Source: Lachnospiraceae bacterium (GTDB lineage: Bacteria; Bacillota; Clostridia; Lachnospirales; Lachnospiraceae). Taken from it: a stretch of 64,000 bases of DNA. Both the position numbers and the translations under genes were made by a program. Shown here one piece after another: positions 39,417 to 47,787 of the stretch (positions within the stretch are counted from its first letter, which is position 1; every line of letters begins with the position of its first letter). Where the stretch lies: contig VSNO01000005.1 of assembly GCA_009774375.1 (NCBI GenBank), positions 1,816-65,815 on the forward strand, read 5' to 3'. The notes beneath the pieces are model-generated. The model did not search any database. It saw only the letters and a program-made list of their open reading frames with translations, and was not told the DNA's origin.

Positions 39417-39641
39417 TTATGCGATCGCAAGCCCGCTCACGTATCTCTCAAACTCATCGTTATATCCCGCATACTGCAGCGTGAGGATCGACCGGAAATC
39501 CAGCCCCATCACACCGATGATCGACTTGGCATCCACTGTGTAATGATTGTAGGAAATGTCGATATCAAAATCACATTTCGATGCCTCGTTCACAAAATTC
39601 TGAACATCTGCAGGTGTCATCTTAATCTTACGTTCTCTCAT
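39417..39641 (-). CDS. HPr-like small protein lacking the His15 phosphorylation motif
   Basis: 74 aa: MRERKIKMTPADVQNFVNEASKCDFDIDISYNHYTVDAKSIIGVMGLD.... The KSI(I/M)GVM region resembles the HPr Ser46 region, but no GIHARPA-type His motif is present. GAAAGGAAG SD upstream. Confidence 0.6.
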   Translation of the reverse strand: MRERKIKMTPADVQNFVNEASKCDFDIDISYNHYTVDAKSIIGVMGLDFRSILTLQYAGYNDEFERYVSGLAIA

Positions 39642-39771
39642 AATAACTACTTCCTTTCTACACACAAGCACACAGTCCGCCGTGTCCCCAATGCGGAACT
39701 TCCCTCCGCGATACCGGTCAAAAAGCGCCCGTTCTCTCAGTCAGTTCCTCACATTTCCTGTTTCACGTATT

Positions 39772-39783
39772 ATAGTATACAAT
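39772..39783. promoter_or_regulatory. Imperfect palindrome ATAGTATACAAT overlapping a minus-strand TATAAT
   Basis: On the minus strand it reads ATTGTATACTATAAT, so it overlaps a -10-like hexamer ~130 nt upstream of the HPr-like gene. Confidence 0.4.
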
Positions 39784-39852
39784 ATGCCTCAAGTAAAGAT
39801 TATTTGTCAGTTCCTGACACATTTCGTCGTTTTCGAAATCCGAACTCTTGTT

Positions 39853-39864
39853 ATTGTATACAAT
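39853..39864. promoter_or_regulatory. Perfect 12-bp palindrome ATTGTATACAAT
   Basis: Second copy of the TGTATACA-core site, 81 bp from the first, in the 540-bp AT-rich divergent intergenic region. Confidence 0.4.
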
Positions 39865-40049
39865 CCCTGATTTCTTTGTGGTATTTCTATAGTTTATTGT
39901 CACCAGATTTTTTGTCTTTATACACCTTTTATCTAAAGTTTTTTGACCGGCGCTATTCGGATTATGCAGATATTCCGTTCATTTCAGAGAGCCTGTTTTC
40001 TGTGAAGAGAAAACGACAATTAATGCATTAAAACGTAACACTTTTAAGC

Positions 40050-40077
40050 TTGCATTTTAAATTATTTCGGCTATACT
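40050..40077 (+). promoter_or_regulatory. Putative promoter of the ABC exporter operon (TTGCAT-16-TATACT)
   Basis: Hexamers ~100 nt upstream of ATG 40180, bracketed by direct repeats TAAAACGTAAC at 40029..40039 and 40077..40087. Confidence 0.5.
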
Positions 40078-40089
40078 AAAACGTAACCG

Positions 40090-40127
40090 CTCGAACATAC
40101 GGCTCCAATATCGAGTGTATGTTCGAG
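40090..40127 (+). terminator. Leader stem-loop CTCGAACATAC-N16-GTATGTTCGAG followed by TTTGT (possible attenuator)
   Basis: 11-bp perfect stem between the putative promoter and the ABC start codon, followed by a short T-rich tract. Confidence 0.45.
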
Positions 40128-40179
40128 TTTGTATAAGGACACACTCAGCCAAAACAAAAGAAAAGTGAGGTGCACAACT

Positions 40180-41961
40180 ATGACTGCCATGAAATGGTTC
40201 TACTCTTTTCTCAGAAAACACAATCGAAGTATGGCGCTGGGACTTGTGCTGGTGACTGTGATATCCATCCTTGCCATCGTGAAGCCGATCGTCTCCGGAT
40301 CGATCGTCGATGACGTCATCACAGGCGGCAATTTTGACCTGCTCCCGGGACTGATCGCGCTGCTCGTGCTCATCACGGTCCTGCGCGGAGTGATGCGCTA
40401 CTGGTCCCAGGTCATCTTCGAGACCTGCTCGCAGGACGTGCTGTACTCCATGCGCGACACCGTCTACCGCAAGCTGCTGCAGGAGGACTTCAACTTCTAT
40501 AATAAGAAGCGTACCGGCGACCTGTTGAGCCGGCAGACTGGCGATATGGATGCCATCCGGCATTTCATAGCATTCGTTATTTATCAGGTGTATGAAAATG
40601 TCTTCCTGTTCTTCTTCGCGCTGATCATGATCTTCACAGTCAGCTGGAAGCTCGCGCTCTGCATGTGCGCGGTACTGCCCTTTGCCCTGCTCGTGACACT
40701 GAGCCAGACAAAGGAGGGGCGCCCGCGCTTCCAGCGGATCCGGGAGCAGTTCTCCTCCCTCAACACCTTCGTCCAGGAGAATGTCAGCGGAAACCGCGTG
40801 GTCAAGGCGTTCTCCAAGGAAGACTACGAGATTGGAAAATTTAATAAGGAAAATGACGGCTACCGCGATGCGGAGCTTGCCGCCGCGGAGATCTGGACAA
40901 AGTACGTACCGCTTTTTGAATTCCTCTCAAACATGCTCACGGTGATCCTGATGCTCGTTGGCAGTATCATGGTGATCCATGGCAGTATGACACTCGGAAA
41001 CTACGTCACGATCAACGGCTACCTGTGGATGCTCATGAACCCGCTGCGCCAGATCGGCTGGCGTATCAATGATATCCAGCGCTTCACGACCTCCGTGGAA
41101 AAGATCTATGCCACCTACAGTGAGGAGCCCAAGGTAAAGCATCCAGCAAAACCGATCCCGTGCAAAAAGCTCCGCGGGGATATCGAGTTCAGAAATGTCT
41201 CCTACAGCGCTGACGACGAGGATATCATCCACAATGTCAGCTTCAGGGTAAAGAGCGGTCAGACGGTCGGTATCCTCGGCTCGACCGGATCCGGCAAATC
41301 CACCATCATGAACCTGCTCTGCCGGTTCTACGATGTCACCGACGGGGAAGTGTTGGTGGACGGCAGGAATGTGAAGGACTTAGACCTCTACAACCTGCGC
41401 CAGAATATCGGCATGGCGATGCAGGATGTCTTTCTCTTCTCCGACACGGTCGAGGGCAACATCGCCTACAGCAGACCAGACTGTCCCTTCGAGGCTGTCC
41501 AGAAGGCCGCTGTCATGGCGGATGCCGACGGATTCATCCGCGAGATGCCTGACGGCTACGACACGATCGTCGGCGAGCGCGGCGTCGGACTCTCCGGCGG
41601 TCAGAAGCAGCGCATCTCGCTGGCGAGGGCGCTCTTAAAAGAACCTTCTATATTAATACTCGACGACACGACATCCGCCGTCGACATGGAGACTGAGAGC
41701 TATATCCAGCAGCAGCTGAACAACATCGACCACGCCTGTACGATCTTCGTCGTCGCATACCGCATCTCCTCCATCAAGGACTCTGACCTGATCCTGGTCC
41801 TGAATGACGGAAAGATCGTGGAACAGGGAACACACGATGAACTGCTCAAAAATAACGGTTATTATGCTACTGTGTTCCGCCATCAATACGGCGAGTTTGA
41901 AAAATACGTTGATGAGATCAACCAGAACAACAAAGGAGGTGGAAAGTATGGCACGAAATAA
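40180..41961 (+). CDS. ABC exporter subunit (TMD-NBD), degenerate-site partner
   Basis: Six-TM exporter domain, Walker A GSTGSGKST, signature LSGGQKQR, and Walker B ILILDDTTSAVD (Asp in place of the catalytic Glu). Start at ATG 40180 (GTGAGG SD). Confidence 0.9.
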   Translation: MTAMKWFYSFLRKHNRSMALGLVLVTVISILAIVKPIVSGSIVDDVITGGNFDLLPGLIALLVLITVLRGVMRYWSQVIFETCSQDVLYSMRDTVYRKLLQEDFNFYNKKRTGDLLSRQTGDMDAIRHFIAFVIYQVYENVFLFFFALIMIFTVSWKLALCMCAVLPFALLVTLSQTKEGRPRFQRIREQFSSLNTFVQENVSGNRVVKAFSKEDYEIGKFNKENDGYRDAELAAAEIWTKYVPLFEFLSNMLTVILMLVGSIMVIHGSMTLGNYVTINGYLWMLMNPLRQIGWRINDIQRFTTSVEKIYATYSEEPKVKHPAKPIPCKKLRGDIEFRNVSYSADDEDIIHNVSFRVKSGQTVGILGSTGSGKSTIMNLLCRFYDVTDGEVLVDGRNVKDLDLYNLRQNIGMAMQDVFLFSDTVEGNIAYSRPDCPFEAVQKAAVMADADGFIREMPDGYDTIVGERGVGLSGGQKQRISLARALLKEPSILILDDTTSAVDMETESYIQQQLNNIDHACTIFVVAYRISSIKDSDLILVLNDGKIVEQGTHDELLKNNGYYATVFRHQYGEFEKYVDEINQNNKGGGKYGTK

Positions 41962-43738
41962 ATACGATATCGACGAAGTGATGGAGGACAAATTTGACTT
42001 CAACCAGTTGAAACGCGTTTTTCAGTATGTAAAGCCGTACCGGGGACAGCTCGCCTTCGCGCTTTTCCTGATGCTGTCCGCGTCTGCGCTGACCATGCTC
42101 TTCCCCATGTTCATCAGCGAGATCATGGATACCTATATACCCGCAAAAGATGTCCGGTCGATCGTGGCCATCACACTAATATCACTTGTTATCGTACTGT
42201 ATACCTGCGTGTGCATCCGCCTCAAGATCCGCATCACCAGCCGTATCGGACAGGCGATCGTGCACCAGCTGCGCTCCGATATCTTCTGTCATCTGCAGGA
42301 GCTGCCGTTCTCCTACTATGACGACCGCCCCCATGGGAAGATCCAGGTGCGCGTGGTCAACTATGTGAACAGCTTAAGCGATCTGCTCTCAAACGGTATC
42401 ATCAACACGATCACGGACATGTGCAATCTGATCTTTATCCTGATCTTCATGCTCCTGCTGCATGTCCGGCTCACGTTGATCTGCCTGTGCGGCCTGCCCG
42501 TGCTCTTTGCCGTCATCGTGTTCGTGAAGAGGCGCCAGCGGCGCGCGTGGCAGATCCAGAGCAACAAGCAGTCCAATCTCACCGCCTACATCGCGGAGAG
42601 CATCAACGGTATACGCGTCACCCAGTCCTTCGTGCGCGAGCGCGAGAACACTTCGATCTTCAATCACTTAAGTGACAGCTACCGGAGTGCGTGGATGCGT
42701 GCCGTCAAATACAACTTTATCATGTGGCCCTGCATCGACTCGATCTCGACTGTCACGACAGCGTTCATCTACGTGGTCGGCATCGGCTGGATCTCAGGGG
42801 AGATCTACGGTGTGACAGTCGGTATCCTGATCGCGTTCACCTCCTACATCTCGAGATTCTGGGAGCCGATCAACACGCTCGCCTCGTTCTACAACTCGCT
42901 GCTCACCGCGATCGCCTACCTGGAGCGCATCTTTGAGACGATCGACGAGCCTGTCAATGTAAAGGACGCCGAGAATGCCGCACCGATGCCTCCCATCGAC
43001 GGAAAGGTAGAATTTCAGGACGTATGCTTCAGCTATGAGGACGGCGTCCGGATATTAAATAAGGTAAACTTTGCCGCGAACCCCGGTGACACCTACGCGA
43101 TCGTCGGTCCCACAGGCGCCGGCAAATCGACCATCGTCAATCTCATCAGCCGCTTCTACAATGTGGACTCCGGCAGGATCCTGATCGACGGCACGGACAT
43201 CTCCGGCGTGACCCTGAAATCCCTGCGGAAGCAGATGGGCATCATGATGCAGGACAGCTTTATCTTCTCCGGCACCATTATGGACAACATCCGTTATGGA
43301 AATCTGACCGCAACGGACGAGGACGTCATCAACGCTGCCAAAACCGTCTGCGCGCACGACTTTATCATGGAGATGGAGAATGGTTACCAGACACAGGTCA
43401 ACGAGCGCGGAAGCCGCCTCTCGGCAGGCCAGCGGCAGCTCATCAGCTTCGCGCGGGCGCTTCTGGAAAACCCGGCGATCCTGATCCTGGACGAGGCGAC
43501 CTCGAGCATCGACACCGAGACGGAGATCCTGCTGCAGAAAGGTCTGAACAGGCTGCTGGAGGGACGCACCTCCTTCATCATCGCCCACAGGCTCTCGACC
43601 ATCAAGAATGCAAGCTGTATCATGTATGTCGACAAGGGAAATATCCTCGAGGCCGGCACACACGACGAACTGCTCGCACAGAAGGGTGAGTATTATAAGC
43701 TCTTCATGTCACAGTATGATTTTCTTGCAGATAAATAA
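41948..43738 (+). CDS. ABC exporter subunit (TMD-NBD), consensus-site partner
   Basis: Walker A GPTGAGKST, Walker B ILILDEATSSID, and a non-canonical signature LSAGQRQL. Start at ATG 41948 (AAAGGAGG SD), overlapping the upstream gene by 14 nt. Confidence 0.9.
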   Translation: MARNKYDIDEVMEDKFDFNQLKRVFQYVKPYRGQLAFALFLMLSASALTMLFPMFISEIMDTYIPAKDVRSIVAITLISLVIVLYTCVCIRLKIRITSRIGQAIVHQLRSDIFCHLQELPFSYYDDRPHGKIQVRVVNYVNSLSDLLSNGIINTITDMCNLIFILIFMLLLHVRLTLICLCGLPVLFAVIVFVKRRQRRAWQIQSNKQSNLTAYIAESINGIRVTQSFVRERENTSIFNHLSDSYRSAWMRAVKYNFIMWPCIDSISTVTTAFIYVVGIGWISGEIYGVTVGILIAFTSYISRFWEPINTLASFYNSLLTAIAYLERIFETIDEPVNVKDAENAAPMPPIDGKVEFQDVCFSYEDGVRILNKVNFAANPGDTYAIVGPTGAGKSTIVNLISRFYNVDSGRILIDGTDISGVTLKSLRKQMGIMMQDSFIFSGTIMDNIRYGNLTATDEDVINAAKTVCAHDFIMEMENGYQTQVNERGSRLSAGQRQLISFARALLENPAILILDEATSSIDTETEILLQKGLNRLLEGRTSFIIAHRLSTIKNASCIMYVDKGNILEAGTHDELLAQKGEYYKLFMSQYDFLADK

Positions 43739-43750
43739 ATCTTGCCATTC

Positions 43751-43792
43751 AATGTATTTGGCGCAGGCTCTGGAGCCTGCGCCAAATACATT
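43751..43792. terminator. Bidirectional terminator hairpin between convergent ABC and MATE genes
   Basis: AATGTATTTGGCGCAGGCTC-tg-GAGCCTGCGCCAAATACATT is a perfect 20-bp inverted repeat. It overlaps the MATE stop codon. Confidence 0.8.
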
Positions 43793-45188
43793 ACGCCACG
43801 ATATTCTGCAGCCATATCCCCTTTTTGACGAGTATGAATCCGATGATGCACTTGATGATATCCCCGAGCTGCACCACCGCGTACACTGCGATGACCGGAA
43901 GCTCTGTGTAGCGGCTGAGCGTGAAGGCGATCACAACGCTCACGCACCAGATAAAGACGCTGTCAAACAGGAAGGTGATGATCGTCTTGCCGCCGGAGCG
44001 CAGCGTGAAGTATGTCGCGTGCAGGAACGCATTCTGCGGCATAAACAGTGCCGTGACCATGATGAAATACCGCGCGAGCAGGCGCGCCTCGTCATTGATC
44101 TTGTATAATCCCGGAAACAGCGGCGCCATGAGAAACATGACAAACGCCACGCCTGTACAGCACATCACGGAAAAAGCGATCAGCTTATTGTCCGTATCCC
44201 TCGCCTCTCTCATCTTTCCGGCCCCGAGCAGCTGTCCCACGATGATGGCGACGGAATCCCCCAGCGCGATGAACACGATATTAAACACATTGTTGATCGT
44301 ATTGGAGACATTTAATCCAGCCACGACATTCAGTCCGCGGATGGAATAGCACTGCGTCAGCATCGCCATGCCCGCTGCCCACAATGTCTCGTTGAACAGG
44401 AGCGGACTTCCTTTCCTGATGATCTTAAAGGTCAGTTCCCGCGGCACCTTCAGTGTCCGGTACAGGCCCTGGACAAAAGAATACACCGCATGCTCCCCGA
44501 CGCTCTTTCTGTGGACACCGATCACTGTGATCAGCATCTCCACATAGCGCGAGAGAACCGTCGCGATCGCCGCACCGCTCACACCGAGTGCGGGTGCGCC
44601 AAATTTTCCGTAGATCAATATGTAGTTAAACACCAGATTTACAATAACAGCTGCTATTCCCGCTTTCATGGGCAGCATCGTCTGGCCGCACTCGCGCAGC
44701 GTACTCGAATAGATCTGTACCGCTGCAAACGCCGGCAGACCGATCAGCATGATCTTCAGATACTTCTTTCCATATAAAAGGGTCGCGGCGATACTTTCCG
44801 CAGAGCCTTCTCCTTTCAGATAAGCCCCAATCAATGTCGTGCCAAAGCCCAAAAAAAGAACAGCCGTCAGTGACGTGATGATCGTGACCATCCACAGTTT
44901 GAACCGCATCGTCTGGCGCACACCCTCGTGATTTCCCTGTCCGAAATACTGCGCTGTAAAGATCCCCGCACCGGACACACCGCCAAAAATGCACAGATTG
45001 TATACAAAGATCAACTGATTGACAATCGCGACTCCCGACATCTGCTCCGTGCCGACCTGCCCGATCATAATATTGTCAAGGAGACTGACAAAGTTGGTAA
45101 TCCCGTTCTGGATCATGATCGGCACTGCGATCATCAGAACCATCTTGTAAAAATCCCTGTTCCCGATCAATTTTGTACGTAGCTTCAT
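43791..45188 (-). CDS. MATE-family efflux transporter
   Basis: 12-TM profile and an N-terminus (...FYKMVLMIAVPIMIQNGITNFVSLLDNIMIGQ) typical of MATE. Start at ATG 45188 after GGAGGGGGAAGG. Confidence 0.9.
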   Translation of the reverse strand: MKLRTKLIGNRDFYKMVLMIAVPIMIQNGITNFVSLLDNIMIGQVGTEQMSGVAIVNQLIFVYNLCIFGGVSGAGIFTAQYFGQGNHEGVRQTMRFKLWMVTIITSLTAVLFLGFGTTLIGAYLKGEGSAESIAATLLYGKKYLKIMLIGLPAFAAVQIYSSTLRECGQTMLPMKAGIAAVIVNLVFNYILIYGKFGAPALGVSGAAIATVLSRYVEMLITVIGVHRKSVGEHAVYSFVQGLYRTLKVPRELTFKIIRKGSPLLFNETLWAAGMAMLTQCYSIRGLNVVAGLNVSNTINNVFNIVFIALGDSVAIIVGQLLGAGKMREARDTDNKLIAFSVMCCTGVAFVMFLMAPLFPGLYKINDEARLLARYFIMVTALFMPQNAFLHATYFTLRSGGKTIITFLFDSVFIWCVSVVIAFTLSRYTELPVIAVYAVVQLGDIIKCIIGFILVKKGIWLQNIVA

Positions 45189-45275
45189 GACCTTCCCCCT
45201 CCGTTTTATCACTGCCCCGATCAGACCCGGAGCGCATTCTATATATCATATCATCATTTCATTCGAAATACAAGC

Positions 45276-45304
45276 TTGCCGTTGCACTTGTGATATCTTA
45301 TAAT
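45276..45304 (+). promoter_or_regulatory. Putative promoter of nitroreductase gene (TTGCCG-17-TATAAT)
   Basis: Hexamers ~45 nt upstream of ATG 45351. Confidence 0.5.
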
Positions 45305-45350
45305 AATAACAGTGAAACGAAACATCTAAAACCAAAGGAGGACGACAACC

Positions 45351-45881
45351 ATGAGCAATGTAATCGATGCGATCAAAAAGCGCAGTTCCACAAGGGGTTA
45401 TACGCCAGAACCCCTGACAGATACCGAGCTGGGCACCCTGCTGCACGCCGGACTGCAGGCGCCCACCGCGGCCAACAGGCAGGAGATCCATTTCACAGTG
45501 GTAAAAGGCGACGATCCTGTCCTGCAGGAACTTGAGAGCGAAAAAAACCGTCTGCGCGGTCTTACACCACAGCCACACAATTTTTACTACGAGGCGCCCG
45601 CCGTCATCGTGCTGAGTGCGGACAGTACGTACAAATGGAGCCCGCTCGACGCCGGTATCGCCGTAGAAAATATGGCTCTTGCTGCGGAGGAGCTCGGCCT
45701 TGGCAGTCTGATCATCGGCTGCATCTACGATGCCCTGCGCGGAGAGAAGAAGGACTATTTCGCAAAGGCCCTGCGATTCCCGGAGCAGTACGAATACGAG
45801 ATCGCCATCGCTTTTGGACACAAAGCTGTCACAAAGGAACCTCATACGTATGATCTGCAGACACAAGTCACGTTTTTATAG
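45351..45881 (+). CDS. Nitroreductase-family protein
   Basis: MSNVIDAIKKRSSTRGYTPEPL...LHAGLQAPTAANRQE is a canonical nitroreductase N-terminus. AAAGGAGG SD upstream. Confidence 0.9.
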   Translation: MSNVIDAIKKRSSTRGYTPEPLTDTELGTLLHAGLQAPTAANRQEIHFTVVKGDDPVLQELESEKNRLRGLTPQPHNFYYEAPAVIVLSADSTYKWSPLDAGIAVENMALAAEELGLGSLIIGCIYDALRGEKKDYFAKALRFPEQYEYEIAIAFGHKAVTKEPHTYDLQTQVTFL

Positions 45882-45902
45882 GAAATTTGCACCGTTTTCA
45901 TC

Positions 45903-45930
45903 TTGCATATTTTTCCAAAGGAGCTATAAT
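45903..45930 (+). promoter_or_regulatory. Putative promoter (TTGCAT-16-TATAAT) upstream of the chemoreceptor gene
   Basis: Near-consensus hexamers, followed by leader hairpin ATGCATTT...AAATGCAT (45946..45973) and then CCGTTTT. Confidence 0.5.
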
Positions 45931-46027
45931 AATGTTTGATGGCTTATGCATTTCATATTAGGGGAAAATGCATCCGTTTTAAAACATATTGAACAAAGCT
46001 ATGACCAAAGAAAGGGGAAGATTAACA

Positions 46028-47725
46028 ATGAACGAACATGACAGCATCGAGAGAAAGCTGACCGGATCTTTTTTTAAGGTGGCTTCCATAATGGCGGCCG
46101 TCGCTATATTGGGGCTCATCGCTCTGATCGTCATATCAAACAGGTATTCTTATGCCTTGAAAAATTTTGGGTTTGCGCAGGGCGACATCGGAAAGGCGAT
46201 GTTTGAATTTGCAGACAGCAGGTCGTCTCTCCGGGCAGCCATCGGTTATGACGAGCCCGATGCCATTACCGCTGTCGTGGAGCAGCACAGCCAGAACAGA
46301 GTGCTGTTTGAGCAGTACTTTGCCGAAATCGAAAATACCATCGTATCGGAAGACGGCCGAAAGACCTACGACGAGATCAGTTCCGAGCTGGACACATACT
46401 GGAAGCTGGACCAGCAGATCATGGATCTCGGAGCGACGACAGACCGGGAGCTGTGCAAGCAGGCACAGGATATCGCACTCGCTGACCTGGCACCCGCATA
46501 CAACAGCATCTACACCAAGCTTGAATCTCTGTTAAATGTAAAAGTAACCGAAGGAAACAGGATCTCCCGTTCACTCACCGCGACAGCACTGATCCTGGCG
46601 ATCGCCATTGTCGCTGTCATTGTGATCTCGCTGATACTGTCGACCAGGATCGGCAGGAATATCGCAAAGGGGATTGCTTCCCCGCTCGGAAAGCTCGGAC
46701 AGCGTCTCAAGACCTTCTCAACCGGTGATCTTACTTCCCCGTTCCCGATGGTGGAGACCGGCGACGAAGTGGAGCATATGGAGAAGGACGCCACAGAGAT
46801 GGCAAACAACCTGAACATCATCATCCACGATATCAGTGTCGTACTGGGCGAGATGGCGGGCGGAAATTATGCTGTAAAATCAAACTATTCAGAAAAATAT
46901 ACTGGAGATTTCCAGAAATTATATGAATCCATGCGCGGACTGCGCGATCAGATGGTAGAAACGCTCACATCCATCGGCGAAGTCTCCAGCCAGGTATCCT
47001 CCGGCTCCGGCGATCTCGCCGATGCATCCCAGGTGCTGGCAGAGGGCGCGACAGAACAGACGAACGCGGTTATGGAGCTGCACGCTACCATCTCCGAGAT
47101 CACAAATACCATGGAAAAGAGCGCACAGAGTGCAGACGAGTCCTACGCGAAAGCACAGCTTTATGCTGACAAGGCAGACAACAGCCGCGAGGAGATGAAT
47201 TCCATGATGGCGGCGATGGAGCGCATCAACGCGGCTTCCAACAGGATCGGGGACATCATCTCCGAGATCGAGTCCATTGCTTCCCAGACCAACCTGCTGT
47301 CGCTGAACGCATCCATCGAGGCGGCGCGTGCCGGCGAATCAGGGCGCGGCTTCGCTGTCGTGGCTGACCAGATCCGTGTGCTGGCCAACCAGAGCGCCAA
47401 GGCCGCTGTCGACACCAGGGAATTGATCGAGGGATCCATCCGTGAGGTCTCCGAGGGAAACCGCGCTGCTGAGAACGTCGCTGCTGCCATCGGCTCCGTC
47501 GTGGACGGGATCAAACAGATCGCCGACTTCTCCAAGAACCTCAAGACGATGGTCGATGACCAGACCGAGGCAATGCGCCAGGCTGAGAAGGGCATCAATC
47601 AGATTTCCGAGGTCGTGCAGAGCAACGCTGCGACCGCGCAGGAGGCGTCCGCGACAAGCCAGGAATTATCTGCACAGGCAACGATCCTGAACGGACTGAT
47701 CGGACAATTCTCCCTGAAAGAATAA
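46028..47725 (+). CDS. Methyl-accepting chemotaxis protein (helical-bundle sensor, HAMP)
   Basis: Conserved signalling hairpin [34 protein letters not shown], two TM segments and a HAMP-like linker. Start at ATG 46028 (AGGGGAAG SD). Confidence 0.9.
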   Translation: MNEHDSIERKLTGSFFKVASIMAAVAILGLIALIVISNRYSYALKNFGFAQGDIGKAMFEFADSRSSLRAAIGYDEPDAITAVVEQHSQNRVLFEQYFAEIENTIVSEDGRKTYDEISSELDTYWKLDQQIMDLGATTDRELCKQAQDIALADLAPAYNSIYTKLESLLNVKVTEGNRISRSLTATALILAIAIVAVIVISLILSTRIGRNIAKGIASPLGKLGQRLKTFSTGDLTSPFPMVETGDEVEHMEKDATEMANNLNIIIHDISVVLGEMAGGNYAVKSNYSEKYTGDFQKLYESMRGLRDQMVETLTSIGEVSSQVSSGSGDLADASQVLAEGATEQTNAVMELHATISEITNTMEKSAQSADESYAKAQLYADKADNSREEMNSMMAAMERINAASNRIGDIISEIESIASQTNLLSLNASIEAARAGESGRGFAVVADQIRVLANQSAKAAVDTRELIEGSIREVSEGNRAAENVAAAIGSVVDGIKQIADFSKNLKTMVDDQTEAMRQAEKGINQISEVVQSNAATAQEASATSQELSAQATILNGLIGQFSLKE

Positions 47726-47740
47726 GCTTAAAAGAATATA

Positions 47741-47778
47741 AAACGCCCCGCCCTTCTTTTTCGAAAGGCGGGGCGTTT
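47741..47778. terminator. Bidirectional rho-independent terminator between convergent mcp and purL
   Basis: AAACGCCCCGCC-N14-GGCGGGGCGTTT with T-runs on both strands. Confidence 0.85.
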
Positions 47779-47787
47779 GTTTTTACC

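Noticed and set aside
39682-39870. 62-aa plus ORF (and nested 28-aa ORF from ATG 39784) in the long intergenic region
   Set aside because: It has no SD, an AT-rich non-coding-like composition, and overlaps the palindromic repeat units.
40119-40136. Five-codon mini-ORF (MFEFV) in the ABC leader as a leader peptide
   Set aside because: No Shine-Dalgarno sequence lies upstream and it sits inside the hairpin arm. It is mentioned in a finding but not called as a feature.
40057-40563. 168-aa minus-strand ORF overlapping the ABC exporter start
   Set aside because: It is antisense to the transporter TMD, has junk-like composition, and its 3' part (lower coordinates) runs back into the AT-rich leader and promoter region upstream of the transporter start.
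45246-45866. 206-aa minus-strand ORF overlapping the nitroreductase gene
   Set aside because: The plus-strand nitroreductase has a canonical N-terminus and an AAAGGAGG SD, while the minus ORF has no motifs or SD.
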